From the NCBI GenBank assembly GCA_964359735.1, contig CAYHTZ010000006.1, positions 3,898 through 67,897 of the forward strand: a DNA stretch of 64,000 bases, read 5' to 3'. Below, one piece after another: positions 46,318-55,807 of this stretch (the stretch's first letter is position 1; every line of letters begins with the position of its first letter). Made by a program: the position numbers and the translations under genes. The notes under the pieces were generated by a model, which was not told where the DNA came from, ran no database searches, and saw nothing but the letters and a program-made list of their open reading frames with translations. Source of the stretch: an uncultured Candidatus Saccharibacteria bacterium (GTDB taxonomy: Bacteria; Patescibacteriota; Andersenbacteria; UBA10190).

Positions 46318-47259
46318 ATGGTGTCGAATGAACACATTGCGCAGGTGTTATACGAAATTGCAGATTATTTAGAAGTAGACGATATGCCATTTAAGCCAGA
46401 GGCATACAGGGAGGCAGCGAAGTTTGTGGAGCATTATAAGGAGGAATTGGTTGCTGTATACAAGCGGGGTGGAGTGGATGCACTGGAGGCATTGCCCGAG
46501 ATTGGGGAAAGCATGGCGAGAAAAATTGCAGAGCTGATTGAGACAGGGAAGCTCAAGTATTTGGAAAAAATGCGCAAGAAATTGCCGGTGGATATGGTTG
46601 GGCTGAATGCCATTGCCGGGGTAGGCCCTAAGACCATTGCCAAGCTGTACAAAGAGCACAAGGTGAAAACGGTAGAAGATTACGAAAAACTTAAGGTAGC
46701 CCAGCCTTCGCTAAAGCTACGGCGGGTGCCTGCTGGGAAAGCAGGTAGAAGATTGTATGCTGAGGTTAAGCCAATTGCTGAGAGTATTGTTTCGGCGTTG
46801 CGAAAATTGCCGCAGGCAAAAGTAGTCGAGGTTGCTGGGTCGCTGCGGCGCAAAACGGCTACAATTGGCGATGTTGATTTGGTGGCGGCATCAACGAGGC
46901 CGGCAAAAGTAATGGAAGTGTTTGCGAGCTTGCCGGAGGTGGAGCGGGTGTATAGCAAGGGAGATACGAAAACGCTGGTGCGACTTAAGGAAGGAATTGA
47001 TGCGGATCTTAGAGTTGTAGCGCCCGAAAGTTTTGGCGCCGCGATGCAATATTTCACGGGGCCGAAAGAACACAGCATTGCCACCCGCCAATACGCGCGC
47101 GACCGCGGCCTGAAGCTGAATGAATATGGCTTATTCCGCGGCAAAAAGAAATTGGCTGGGAAAACTGAGAAAGAAATCTACGATGTTTTGGGCATTAAGC
47201 TGGAGAAGCCGGGGGAGAGGTCTGGAAAGCTCACTGAGAAAAGGCTTGAAGAACGCTAG
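46318..47259 (+). CDS. DNA polymerase beta-like (family X) protein, short form without PHP domain
   Basis: HhH lyase or 8-kDa region plus nucleotidyltransferase motif GSLRRKTATIGDVDLV. Confidence 0.8.
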   Translation: MVSNEHIAQVLYEIADYLEVDDMPFKPEAYREAAKFVEHYKEELVAVYKRGGVDALEALPEIGESMARKIAELIETGKLKYLEKMRKKLPVDMVGLNAIAGVGPKTIAKLYKEHKVKTVEDYEKLKVAQPSLKLRRVPAGKAGRRLYAEVKPIAESIVSALRKLPQAKVVEVAGSLRRKTATIGDVDLVAASTRPAKVMEVFASLPEVERVYSKGDTKTLVRLKEGIDADLRVVAPESFGAAMQYFTGPKEHSIATRQYARDRGLKLNEYGLFRGKKKLAGKTEKEIYDVLGIKLEKPGERSGKLTEKRLEER

Positions 47260-47282
47260 CAGGGAAGGTAGGCTAGGGACAG

Positions 47283-47561
47283 ATGGCTAAACCTCAAGTT
47301 ATTGGCACGGTTTCTCATTACTACGACCATATTGGCGTGGCGGTGGTTGAGCTTACCAAGCCACTGAAAAGCGGCGAGACCGTAACGTTTTTACGGGGCG
47401 AGCATCACCTAGTTCAGCCTGTGACTTCAATGCAGATTGACCACACGAATGTGGAGAAGGCTAAGGCGGGCACAAGTGTTGGAGTAAAAGTGGAAGCAAG
47501 TGTACAGCCAGGCGCGAAGGTATATCGGGGCGAGGTACCTGCTCCGGTAGCGGTCAGGTAA
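47283..47561 (+). CDS. small beta-barrel protein (translation-protein-like fold)
   Basis: ORF only. Confidence 0.45.
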   Translation: MAKPQVIGTVSHYYDHIGVAVVELTKPLKSGETVTFLRGEHHLVQPVTSMQIDHTNVEKAKAGTSVGVKVEASVQPGAKVYRGEVPAPVAVR

Positions 47562-47668
47562 AAGCAGGGTAGTTAAAAAGTAGCTTTGTAAGGCTGCTTT
47601 TTGTTGTTTTTTTGACTTTTTTCTTTGTCCATACTATTGTTGGCTGGACAATTAAAGTTGTCTCGAGT

Positions 47669-49546
47669 ATGAAATCCCTATTTAAATCACAAACTTCATA
47701 CGAGCTGATGGACCTTTTGGCGCGGCAGCCCAAGAAGAACTTCTTCTTAGCGGAGCTCGCGAAGACACTGCAGAAAGACAAGGCGAATGTGACGCGTGAG
47801 CTCGATAAACTGCACCAAGAAGGCATCGTACGCGTGGAAGAAAAAGGCGGGAAAAAGTTTTATGGTTTAAACCAGGGCTACGACGGCATTAAGGAGCTCG
47901 TCGGCTTGCTAGAGAAGCACCGCAGCAAAGATTTCGAGACGAAGTTCAAGCGCAGCTGGCTCCTCGCCGAAGACATTCCCAACATGGATCCATTTTTCAG
48001 CCAGATTTGGATGAACTGTTTCGTGAAGGAGTTTGCGGAGCCCAGCGGGCGGGCTTACGAATGTATTGCAGCCATTTACCAGGATTATCACCTCTGGTTC
48101 TACTTTGACGAGAAAGACGCGCACGCGGTGGCACAGAACATTGTCGATCGATTCGATGAGAATCCTGACTTCATGGATGAAGTGAACCGCGAAATTGTGC
48201 GGCACTCCGACGTTCTGCGCGATTTTGCCGAAAAGCTTCCCGAAGAGAAGTTGGAGAAGCTTTCAAATCAAAAGTTATGGCAGCTCTACCGTGACCATGA
48301 GGACACGCACAAGGCCTACTATCAGTGGGCATGGATACCAGTGGCGGTAGATATGTTTACGAATCACCTGACGGAATATGGTAAGAAATTGCTGCAGGAA
48401 ATAGAAGTGCCGGAGGACAAGGTGAATGAGTATTTAACACTGCTCACGCAACCTTCGCGGCCTTCCCCGATTAAGGAGGAACAAGATAGCTTAACTAAGA
48501 TTGCGATTGCGGTGCAGAAAGACTTCCAGCAACTGAAACTCTTCCAAGAACTTTTTCGCAAATTCAAGGAAGAGGATGTGAAGGAGTTCGGGCTTTACAC
48601 TCACAGCCCGGAATACGAAGCGCAATTTGAGAAGCGGGTGCAGGAGCTGGTGGAAACTATTCAGCCAAAGATATTGCAGGCGGTGCAAGAGGTGTACGCA
48701 CGATACTTTTACACCAAGTTTATTTTCACAGAAGAGCAAGGCGTGTACAGCTTCGAGCACTACTTAAAAGCACTGGTGCGCCTCGTGAACCGTACGCCGG
48801 ATTTAGGAAAAGAGTTTCAGGAAGAGGAGCAGGAACTCGCGAATATTATTCAAAAACGGGAAGAGCTTATCAGGAAGCTCAAATTAACCAAACGGCAGCG
48901 TCAAATATTTGATGCCTGGGGAGAATTCATGATAACGAAGATTTACCGCCGGTACGCCCAGCTCTTCGCGCTCTACAAAATGACAGCGATTGTGGAGGAA
49001 ATCGGCCGTAGACTGGGGCTTACCTTGAAACAGACTCGGTTCATGAAGACGAGCGAGGTGGAAGCGGGTCTCTCAGGCGGCAGTGTGGATATGGATGAGA
49101 TTAAGCGGCGGGTGGAGTTCTCTGTTTCTTATGCGGATAAGAACGGGCGGGTGTTTTACTCCGGCGCCGAAGCCAAGAAGGCGGCGGAACTTATCAAAGG
49201 CAAAGAACAGGATTTGAGTGGAATCAAGGAACTGAAAGGCCAGGTGGGTTGCCAGGGCATGGCCACGGGAACCGTGAAAGTAGTGAACGTGATTGAAGAT
49301 ATGAAGAAAATGGAGGAAGGGGATATTCTGGTGGCCATTTCTACACAGCCGGATCTTTTGCCGGCCATGAAAAAAGCGGCGGCGTTTGTAACGGAGCAGG
49401 GCGGGGTAACGTCCCACGCGGCCATTGTGGCGCGGGAAATGAACACGCCGTGCGTGATTGGCACCAAGATTGCCACGAAGGTTTTGAAGGATGGCATGAA
49501 AGTGGAAGTTGACGCCACGAAGGGAATTGTGAGAATTTTGGATTAG
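47669..49546 (+). CDS. winged-helix domain fused to a large helical domain and a C-terminal PEP-utilising-enzyme mobile (phospho-His) domain
   Basis: wHTH LMDLLARQPKKNFFLAELAKTL...; C-terminal GGVTSHAAIVAREMNTPCVIG signature. Confidence 0.7.
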   Translation: MKSLFKSQTSYELMDLLARQPKKNFFLAELAKTLQKDKANVTRELDKLHQEGIVRVEEKGGKKFYGLNQGYDGIKELVGLLEKHRSKDFETKFKRSWLLAEDIPNMDPFFSQIWMNCFVKEFAEPSGRAYECIAAIYQDYHLWFYFDEKDAHAVAQNIVDRFDENPDFMDEVNREIVRHSDVLRDFAEKLPEEKLEKLSNQKLWQLYRDHEDTHKAYYQWAWIPVAVDMFTNHLTEYGKKLLQEIEVPEDKVNEYLTLLTQPSRPSPIKEEQDSLTKIAIAVQKDFQQLKLFQELFRKFKEEDVKEFGLYTHSPEYEAQFEKRVQELVETIQPKILQAVQEVYARYFYTKFIFTEEQGVYSFEHYLKALVRLVNRTPDLGKEFQEEEQELANIIQKREELIRKLKLTKRQRQIFDAWGEFMITKIYRRYAQLFALYKMTAIVEEIGRRLGLTLKQTRFMKTSEVEAGLSGGSVDMDEIKRRVEFSVSYADKNGRVFYSGAEAKKAAELIKGKEQDLSGIKELKGQVGCQGMATGTVKVVNVIEDMKKMEEGDILVAISTQPDLLPAMKKAAAFVTEQGGVTSHAAIVAREMNTPCVIGTKIATKVLKDGMKVEVDATKGIVRILD

Positions 49547-49548
49547 GT

Positions 49549-50550
49549 ATGGCTTTCACGAAACCATTTGAGAAGTTGTCGAAAGAAGACGTGGGTATTG
49601 CCGGGGGCAAGGGAGCTTCCTTGGGGGAGATGACGCAGGCGGGTATTCCCGTGCCGCCTGGGTTTGTGGTGCTCTCAGGCGCATTTGAAGAATTTCTGAA
49701 GGCCACAGATTTGAATGTGGAACTGGATTCCATTCTGGATCAGGTGAATCACACGGTGATGCACGAGGTGGATGGCGCTTCAGGAAAAATTCAGGCGTTA
49801 ATTCTGAGCAAAGAAATGCCGGAGGCGATCGCGAAAGAAGTAGAAGCGGGGTTCAAGAAGTTAGGCGCCAAGTATGTAGCGGTGCGCTCGAGCGCTACGA
49901 GCGAAGATAGCGCTGACGCCGCCTGGGCGGGGCAGCTCGATAGCTATCTGAATACTACCCACGAAGTCTTGCTTGCTAATGTAAAGAGGTGCTGGGCTTC
50001 GCTGTTTACGCCGCGGGCGATTTTCTATCGATTCGAGAAGGGCTTTCACCCTTCGACAGGCTCAGGGCAAGCTGGCAAACGCATTTCGGTGGCCGTGGTA
50101 GTGCAGAAAATGATCCAAAGCGAAGTTTCTGGGATTGCTTTTTCCGTACACCCGGTGACGCAGGACCGCGATCAGATGATTATTGAATCAGGATTCGGGC
50201 TGGGGGAGGCCATTGTGCAAGGCTCCATTACGCCGGATAGTTACGTGATAGAAAAGAGCGCCAAGAATATTTTGGATAAAAATATAACAGTCCAAGAAAA
50301 AGGACTGTTTCGCAGGACCCAGCCTTCGCATGAAGCTTCGGCGGGCAAAGGCGCGGAGGTTAATGAATGGAGAGACATTCCAACTGATAAGGGTGAGATG
50401 CCTACGTTGACCGATGAAGAAGTTTTGGAGCTCTCAGATTTAATTATGAATATTGAAAAGCACTACGGCTTCCCGGTGGACGTGGAATGGGCGCGGGAGA
50501 AGGACAAGTTCTATATTGTACAATCCCGGCCGATTACAACCTTGAAGTAA
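49549..50550 (+). CDS. PPDK_N-type ATP-grasp nucleotide-binding domain protein (PEP synthase / rifampicin phosphotransferase N-domain)
   Basis: GIAGGKGASLGEM...VAVRSSATSEDS...VVVQKMI...VEWA motifs; 2-nt gap from the upstream gene. Confidence 0.8.
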   Translation: MAFTKPFEKLSKEDVGIAGGKGASLGEMTQAGIPVPPGFVVLSGAFEEFLKATDLNVELDSILDQVNHTVMHEVDGASGKIQALILSKEMPEAIAKEVEAGFKKLGAKYVAVRSSATSEDSADAAWAGQLDSYLNTTHEVLLANVKRCWASLFTPRAIFYRFEKGFHPSTGSGQAGKRISVAVVVQKMIQSEVSGIAFSVHPVTQDRDQMIIESGFGLGEAIVQGSITPDSYVIEKSAKNILDKNITVQEKGLFRRTQPSHEASAGKGAEVNEWRDIPTDKGEMPTLTDEEVLELSDLIMNIEKHYGFPVDVEWAREKDKFYIVQSRPITTLK

Positions 50551-50582
50551 GACATTGCGCTGAGGTGAGTTTTTGTGGTTGA

Positions 50583-50855
50583 TTGACAAACACCAATCCC
50601 CATTTCATTATCTATAGTATGGGATCACCAGAAGGTCCTTTTGAAGAGGATCAGAATCCGTATCAATCTCTGGGGGCAGGAATCTTTTTGGAGCGGCTGA
50701 TTGCCCAAGCTGGGCAGGAGAAAGATGTATATGCGAAAGCTTTAGAGACAGCAGCAGAAGAATTAGTGCCTGAATATGTGCAACGTGTGTCCGCAGGTGC
50801 GACCGAGGATCAACGACAGCAGATTATTACCTTGGCGGAAAGTGAGAGAGCGTAG
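50583..50855 (+). CDS. hypothetical protein
   Basis: ORF only. Confidence 0.35.
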   Translation: MTNTNPHFIIYSMGSPEGPFEEDQNPYQSLGAGIFLERLIAQAGQEKDVYAKALETAAEELVPEYVQRVSAGATEDQRQQIITLAESERA

Positions 50856-51032
50856 TTACTATGAGCTTTTTTCGGCCGCGTAAAATTAAAGATCCAATCT
50901 CGGGTGAGGAGCGAATTGTCAGCCCCGAAGAGCAGATGGAAATGCTAGAAAAAGGGATTGTGTTTGATGTGCCGTCGGAAGTAGTGGACGACGAACCGAC
51001 ACGGGGAGCGCAACAAACTTCACCGGCTTCAG

Positions 51033-52088
51033 ATGCGTGAAGAGACGTATCCTATAGGGAGCCTTAACCTTCCGCTCGGGGAAGTGGATACCTCAGCTAT
51101 GGCTGCTGGGGAGTTCCAAGCATGGCGTGACGAGTGGGGATTTATTCCTGATGTGGAAGCGCAGGTTGCCGCCCAGCTTGAAAGGCAGGGGCTCAGGTTG
51201 ATGCAAGAGGATGTTCCGTCTGGCTACCATTGGCCTACTGTACGTGAATGGATTTTCCTCTGTTTCGAACAAAGGAACCCTCATCGGTTTTATCCGGCCT
51301 TTGTGCAACGGGGAGAAAGTGGGGAAGTTTTTTTCACAAAAACACGGGTGCGTTCCCGAGTAGAATTTGGAGGGTTGGAGCATGAAGCTAAAGTATTACG
51401 ACGTCTTCCCGAAGGAGTGAACGCACCAAAAGTGATTGATTATATTCCGGCGCGGGATCGGGAATTAGAGATGCTTGTTCTGAGTAGTGTTCGTTTTAGT
51501 GAAGGCATGGCTCTTCCGGCAGAGCAGTGGCAGCCAGCCAACGCGCAGTCTGCTGCGAGGCAGATTCGAGTACTGGAAACGATGCGCATGGAAGACGTGC
51601 CAGAGCTGTCTGCAGAAGTTGATGTTTCGCTTGAATATTTGTTAGAGCACGTAGGATCTTTTCTGCCTGCTGACCTCGATCAGACAACGAAAGAGGTTCT
51701 GCGTCAGTATTCTCCCCAGGAGACTTCATTGGTACTCGTTCATAGAGATCTGCAGCCGCGAAATATTGTGGTACTGAAAACGGGCGAATGTGTCCCGGTT
51801 GATTGGGAGCAGGGCGGAGCTGGGTACCGTGGTCAGGACGCTGGCCTCCTGTTGTGGCAATTATGGGGAAATGAATCCTCCCGCCAAGCCTTTATTGATA
51901 CTTATATTGAGGCGGATAATCTGGCTGATCGAGCGCAGCGGCTAGCTCGGCTGCGCTTTGGGGTTTTGCTCGAGTTTTTGCGGCAAGTGAGCTGGCATGC
52001 GAAGCGCCCTGACCAGGTTCAAGCTGAGATTGCCAGGCTAGGCCCTCGATTAACTGAAATACTGGCTACCCTGGCTGAGCAGACATAA
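51033..52088 (+). CDS. phosphotransferase-family kinase (APH/choline-kinase-like fold)
   Basis: Catalytic loop LVHRDLQPRNIVV and VDWEQGG..YRGQD. Confidence 0.7.
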   Translation: MREETYPIGSLNLPLGEVDTSAMAAGEFQAWRDEWGFIPDVEAQVAAQLERQGLRLMQEDVPSGYHWPTVREWIFLCFEQRNPHRFYPAFVQRGESGEVFFTKTRVRSRVEFGGLEHEAKVLRRLPEGVNAPKVIDYIPARDRELEMLVLSSVRFSEGMALPAEQWQPANAQSAARQIRVLETMRMEDVPELSAEVDVSLEYLLEHVGSFLPADLDQTTKEVLRQYSPQETSLVLVHRDLQPRNIVVLKTGECVPVDWEQGGAGYRGQDAGLLLWQLWGNESSRQAFIDTYIEADNLADRAQRLARLRFGVLLEFLRQVSWHAKRPDQVQAEIARLGPRLTEILATLAEQT

Positions 52089-53151
52089 GTTTCATGATTG
52101 CCTGATAGGCGTTGGGCTCTCCCGGGACGAAGTGCTTGGCTTGGGCGGCTTGCATTCGCTTTCGGGCTTCTTCGTTGTAGAGAAGCGTATCCACTGAAGT
52201 GGTTGTTTCAGAAAGCGGGGTGAGTTTCGTTTCCATAAAACACGTGCCAGCGCGAGCAAGCGGTGAGAGTTCCCAAATATGCTGTTCAGGAATCGTGGGA
52301 TGGCCGGGAATGTCGGCATTGGCAATGACGGGTATTTGAGCGGCGATAGCTTGAGCAAGCGTGCCCATGCCGTGATGCTGGAATACGAGATCGCTCGCGG
52401 CGAGCGCCCCATAAAAATCATCGATAAAGGTCTTTTCCGTAACCCAGGGGGGCACAGGTTGTGAAAGAGGTGGGCCAAGGTAGAGCACGCGAGTGTTTTT
52501 TCCTCGGCTGCGCAGCTGCCTCACCGAACCCAGCAGCTTTTCAATTACCCAGGGGCGGTGATCGGCACCTCGCCCGCTGGCATACAAGAAAATGAGTTTT
52601 TCATCTTCTTTCAGTTGAAATGTTTTTCGAATGTTCTCTCGAGTCTCTGAGCTCGGCGGCTCATAGGAAGGCACGAAGCCGACCGGTTCCAATTTTTCGC
52701 GAACAGATTTTTCGATGGTAAAATTCCCCCCGTTTTCTTCCAGGCCTAATTCGAAAATCTTAGGAGGAAAGCCGATCAAGTAGCGATCGGCCCAGGTGAC
52801 GAACGGAAACCCGGGGAACTTCGCTCTGTCGAAAAGCCAGAAGGTGTCGAAGCAGACGGTTAGGGGTTTGTTGGGTGGCGGTGTTTCGCGAAAGAGGTCG
52901 TTTTTACGCCAGATTTTGGAATTGCAGAGCACCAGCACATCCGGAGTGTGAAGCTGGAGCTGCGCCACAAGGCTTCCTGGGGTGGGTGTAAAGGCAATAG
53001 TGAATTTGTCGCGATCCGACTTGATAAAATTCATGTTTGTGGCCTGCACCACAGCCAGCGTAACCGCGAAGCCCTGTGTGTGCAGGTGCCGGCCTAAGGC
53101 TTGGGCGTGGGCCACCTCTCCTGGCCCCATGGCAGCGAGAAGACACTTCAT
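52066..53151 (-). CDS. GT-B fold glycosyltransferase (UDP-glycosyltransferase/MGT-like)
   Basis: C-terminal HHGMGT motif. Confidence 0.5.
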   Translation of the reverse strand: MKCLLAAMGPGEVAHAQALGRHLHTQGFAVTLAVVQATNMNFIKSDRDKFTIAFTPTPGSLVAQLQLHTPDVLVLCNSKIWRKNDLFRETPPPNKPLTVCFDTFWLFDRAKFPGFPFVTWADRYLIGFPPKIFELGLEENGGNFTIEKSVREKLEPVGFVPSYEPPSSETRENIRKTFQLKEDEKLIFLYASGRGADHRPWVIEKLLGSVRQLRSRGKNTRVLYLGPPLSQPVPPWVTEKTFIDDFYGALAASDLVFQHHGMGTLAQAIAAQIPVIANADIPGHPTIPEQHIWELSPLARAGTCFMETKLTPLSETTTSVDTLLYNEEARKRMQAAQAKHFVPGEPNAYQAIMKLMSAQPG

Positions 53152-54638
53152 TACAAGTACTTCTGAGCGAGATTTTCGCTGGTGGTGTTTTTGATAAACT
53201 CAATTCCCCAGCGGTAGATATTATTTTCTTCCAAAATATGCCGCATTTCGGCGTTGCGGTGTCGTCTTTCCTCTCGATTCATATTGAGAGCGTAATTGAG
53301 CGCATCGGCGCTGCCCTCGGTGTCGTAGGGATTAATGTGGATAGCAGAGTGCAGATCTTTGGCGGCTCCGGCGAAGCGGGAAAGTACCAAGGCACTTTTG
53401 TCAGGATCAGCGGCGATGGCGAATTCTTTAGCGACCAGATTCATACCATCGTCCAGAGGGCTGACCAAGCCGATATCAGCCAGGCGATAGTAGGCAAAGA
53501 GACGGTTACGCTCAATAGCATGTGTAATAAAGTGAATCGGCTGCCAGCCGTTGTGACTGTATTTTTCGTTAATGCGCTGGACGAGCTTGTGGACCTTGCG
53601 GTGGTAGGTTTTGTAGGCAGGAATAGCTAGGCGGGAGGGAACGCCAATCATGAGCTGGGTAATAAGGTTGCGGTATTGGGGATACTTTTCCAAGAATCGG
53701 TCTAGGATACGCAGCCACTCTACCATACCCTTGGTGTAATCAATGCGGTCGACGCTGAGCAGGAGGTACTTGCTCGTGATATTTAACCCCAAATCTTTTT
53801 TGAGAATGTCGCGCGTAATCGGCTGGCTGCGCTTGATAACGTCGTCAATTTCGCCGGTATCGATACCAGTAGGAAGGTGGACGAGTTTGGTGAGGCGTTT
53901 GCGGTACAGTACGGAGCGGGGCTCGGACTCTACGACCACGCCGATTTCTTCACGGAGTGAGTCAATAAAGTTATCAACGTGGTAGTAGCGATGAAAGCCA
54001 ACCAGATCAGCTCCCAACAAACCTTCTAGGATTTCGCGCCGCCAGGGGCAAATGCGGAAAATTTCCACGGTAGGCCAGGGAATGTGCCAAAAAATCCCGA
54101 TGGAAATATTTGCGTCCATTTCGCGAAGCATTTTGGGCAAGAGTGCCAAGTGGTAATCGTTAATCCAAACGAAAGCGTCCTTTCCTTTAATTTCCTGCAA
54201 GATCGATTTCGCAAAACGGTGGTTTACCTTCGCGTACGTTCGCCACCAGGAAGAGCGAAAGAGCGGCTTTACGAACACGCCGTGGCAAAGCGGCCATAGA
54301 GTTTGGTTGGAAAACCCGTAGTAGAACTGGTCCTGCTCTTTCTTAGTGAGGAAAATTCTTTTGAGTTGGTAGCTTTCTTCGCCGGGCGGAACGGCGACTT
54401 TCCCCTCGGCGTTTAGAACTTCTTTATCGGCTTCTCCGGCAGCGACAGCTACCATCAGCCCGCCGGTCTTGCGCAGGATGCTGTCCAGGAGAACGGTGAC
54501 TCCCCCAATCGAACGCTCAGCCCTAACTCCTTCCGGGGTGGGGTTATGAGTGTACGGTTCACGCTGAATGGCGGCGATGAATTGTCTTTCTTGAAGAGCT
54601 TCGTGTGCGAAACTTATGAGATCTTGAGCAGTTGTCAT
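53151..54638 (-). CDS. otsA: trehalose-6-phosphate synthase (GT20)
   Basis: VNDYHLALLP, HAIERNRLFAYYRLADIGLVSPLDDGMNLVAKEF. Confidence 0.9.
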   Translation of the reverse strand: MTTAQDLISFAHEALQERQFIAAIQREPYTHNPTPEGVRAERSIGGVTVLLDSILRKTGGLMVAVAAGEADKEVLNAEGKVAVPPGEESYQLKRIFLTKKEQDQFYYGFSNQTLWPLCHGVFVKPLFRSSWWRTYAKVNHRFAKSILQEIKGKDAFVWINDYHLALLPKMLREMDANISIGIFWHIPWPTVEIFRICPWRREILEGLLGADLVGFHRYYHVDNFIDSLREEIGVVVESEPRSVLYRKRLTKLVHLPTGIDTGEIDDVIKRSQPITRDILKKDLGLNITSKYLLLSVDRIDYTKGMVEWLRILDRFLEKYPQYRNLITQLMIGVPSRLAIPAYKTYHRKVHKLVQRINEKYSHNGWQPIHFITHAIERNRLFAYYRLADIGLVSPLDDGMNLVAKEFAIAADPDKSALVLSRFAGAAKDLHSAIHINPYDTEGSADALNYALNMNREERRHRNAEMRHILEENNIYRWGIEFIKNTTSENLAQKYL

Positions 54639-54673
54639 ACTTGATTAAAAACGTAAAAATAACCTCCCCACCT

Positions 54674-55807
54674 TTATTGGCCGAGCCAAGCCATCAGCGT
54701 CTGTGGTCCAACAGTGCCGGGGAAAGCTTCGTCTCCCAAAATAACTTGTCGGGATGTATTCGGAAACTGGTAGACGCCAGTTGTTATGGTATCATTATTT
54801 TGTCTTTTTGTCATCTGTTGACGAATGTTATGGAGTGTTTCAGATTGCAAGTCCTGATAGAGCATGGCTCCGCCGGGAATGAGAAACGTGGCCTGGCTTT
54901 TTGGTGCGCCATACAATCCCATTTCCAGATCGGCTGGGGAGTCACCCGCGATCAGCACTTCTATTTTTGCAGAGGGAGATAGATTCACGTGGAGTTGCCT
55001 GTAGACTCTGTTTACGCCGTCTACTTTTTTCATACCTTGGGGTTGGATGTACGTTTTGTATACCGGAGGGGTAGCAGCGAACGCATTTTCGTGTGTGAGA
55101 GTGAGTTGCTTTATGACTGCTGGCGTTGTTTCTTGGACTTGAACTTCGGCGAGGGCACTCGCGAACGTTTCTTGTTCATGGAGGCTCTCGAAGCACGTTT
55201 CGATTCGGTATTGAGGGAAGTACACGCCGGGCTTGCCTTGGCGGTAGTGTTCACCAACTTCGTTCGGGTTGAGTGAGCCAAAGCTTACCCCTCGAGTTTG
55301 CTCAAGACGGTGCAGAGTCTCCACAACCTGCGACCGCCACTCGTTCGGTGCGGCGCCGGCTTGGGCAAGGTAGCTTTCGTCCGCTGCGTAGCCGCCGGTT
55401 ACTTGCCGAACTGCAAGCTCTCCTCCCAGGGTTCCAATGATGGCATCAGGATCGCGAAGGCCGGTGAAAGCAGGAGTTTCCTCCGGGTAGCCAGGCTTCA
55501 GCTTGCCTGTGGCATAGGAGACTAGATTGGCGAGGGGGCGTTGCCGGATTTCTGCGGACGATTTTTCGCGCGCTTCCTTAGTGATGCACGTTTCCGAGGT
55601 GCGGGCAGTGACGAGCACGACGACAAAACCTCGGGTTTCCAAAAGATCCCGCAATGCTTGCTGCTCGGACGGAGTGCCCGAAAATGTTCCGTCGATATCA
55701 AGAAACGCTACCTGGAGGGGCTGGCCTCCTTGGTGGGGTTGGCGAAGTTTTTGGAGAGCTGAGCTATGTTGGTACACGGCGGCGGAATCTTCATGAGCGC
55801 TTGGCAT
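54674..55807 (-). CDS. HAD-superfamily IIB phosphatase, trehalose-6-phosphate phosphatase-like
   Basis: Motif I FLDIDGT, motif IV GDSPADLEM; adjacent to otsA. Confidence 0.6.
   Translation of the reverse strand: MPSAHEDSAAVYQHSSALQKLRQPHQGGQPLQVAFLDIDGTFSGTPSEQQALRDLLETRGFVVVLVTARTSETCITKEAREKSSAEIRQRPLANLVSYATGKLKPGYPEETPAFTGLRDPDAIIGTLGGELAVRQVTGGYAADESYLAQAGAAPNEWRSQVVETLHRLEQTRGVSFGSLNPNEVGEHYRQGKPGVYFPQYRIETCFESLHEQETFASALAEVQVQETTPAVIKQLTLTHENAFAATPPVYKTYIQPQGMKKVDGVNRVYRQLHVNLSPSAKIEVLIAGDSPADLEMGLYGAPKSQATFLIPGGAMLYQDLQSETLHNIRQQMTKRQNNDTITTGVYQFPNTSRQVILGDEAFPGTVGPQTLMAWLGQ

Noticed and set aside
47560-47612. Rho-independent terminator after the 47283-47561 gene
   Set aside because: Only an 8-bp AAAAGCAG/CTGCTTTT stem with a 26-nt loop followed by a T-run; too weak to call confidently.
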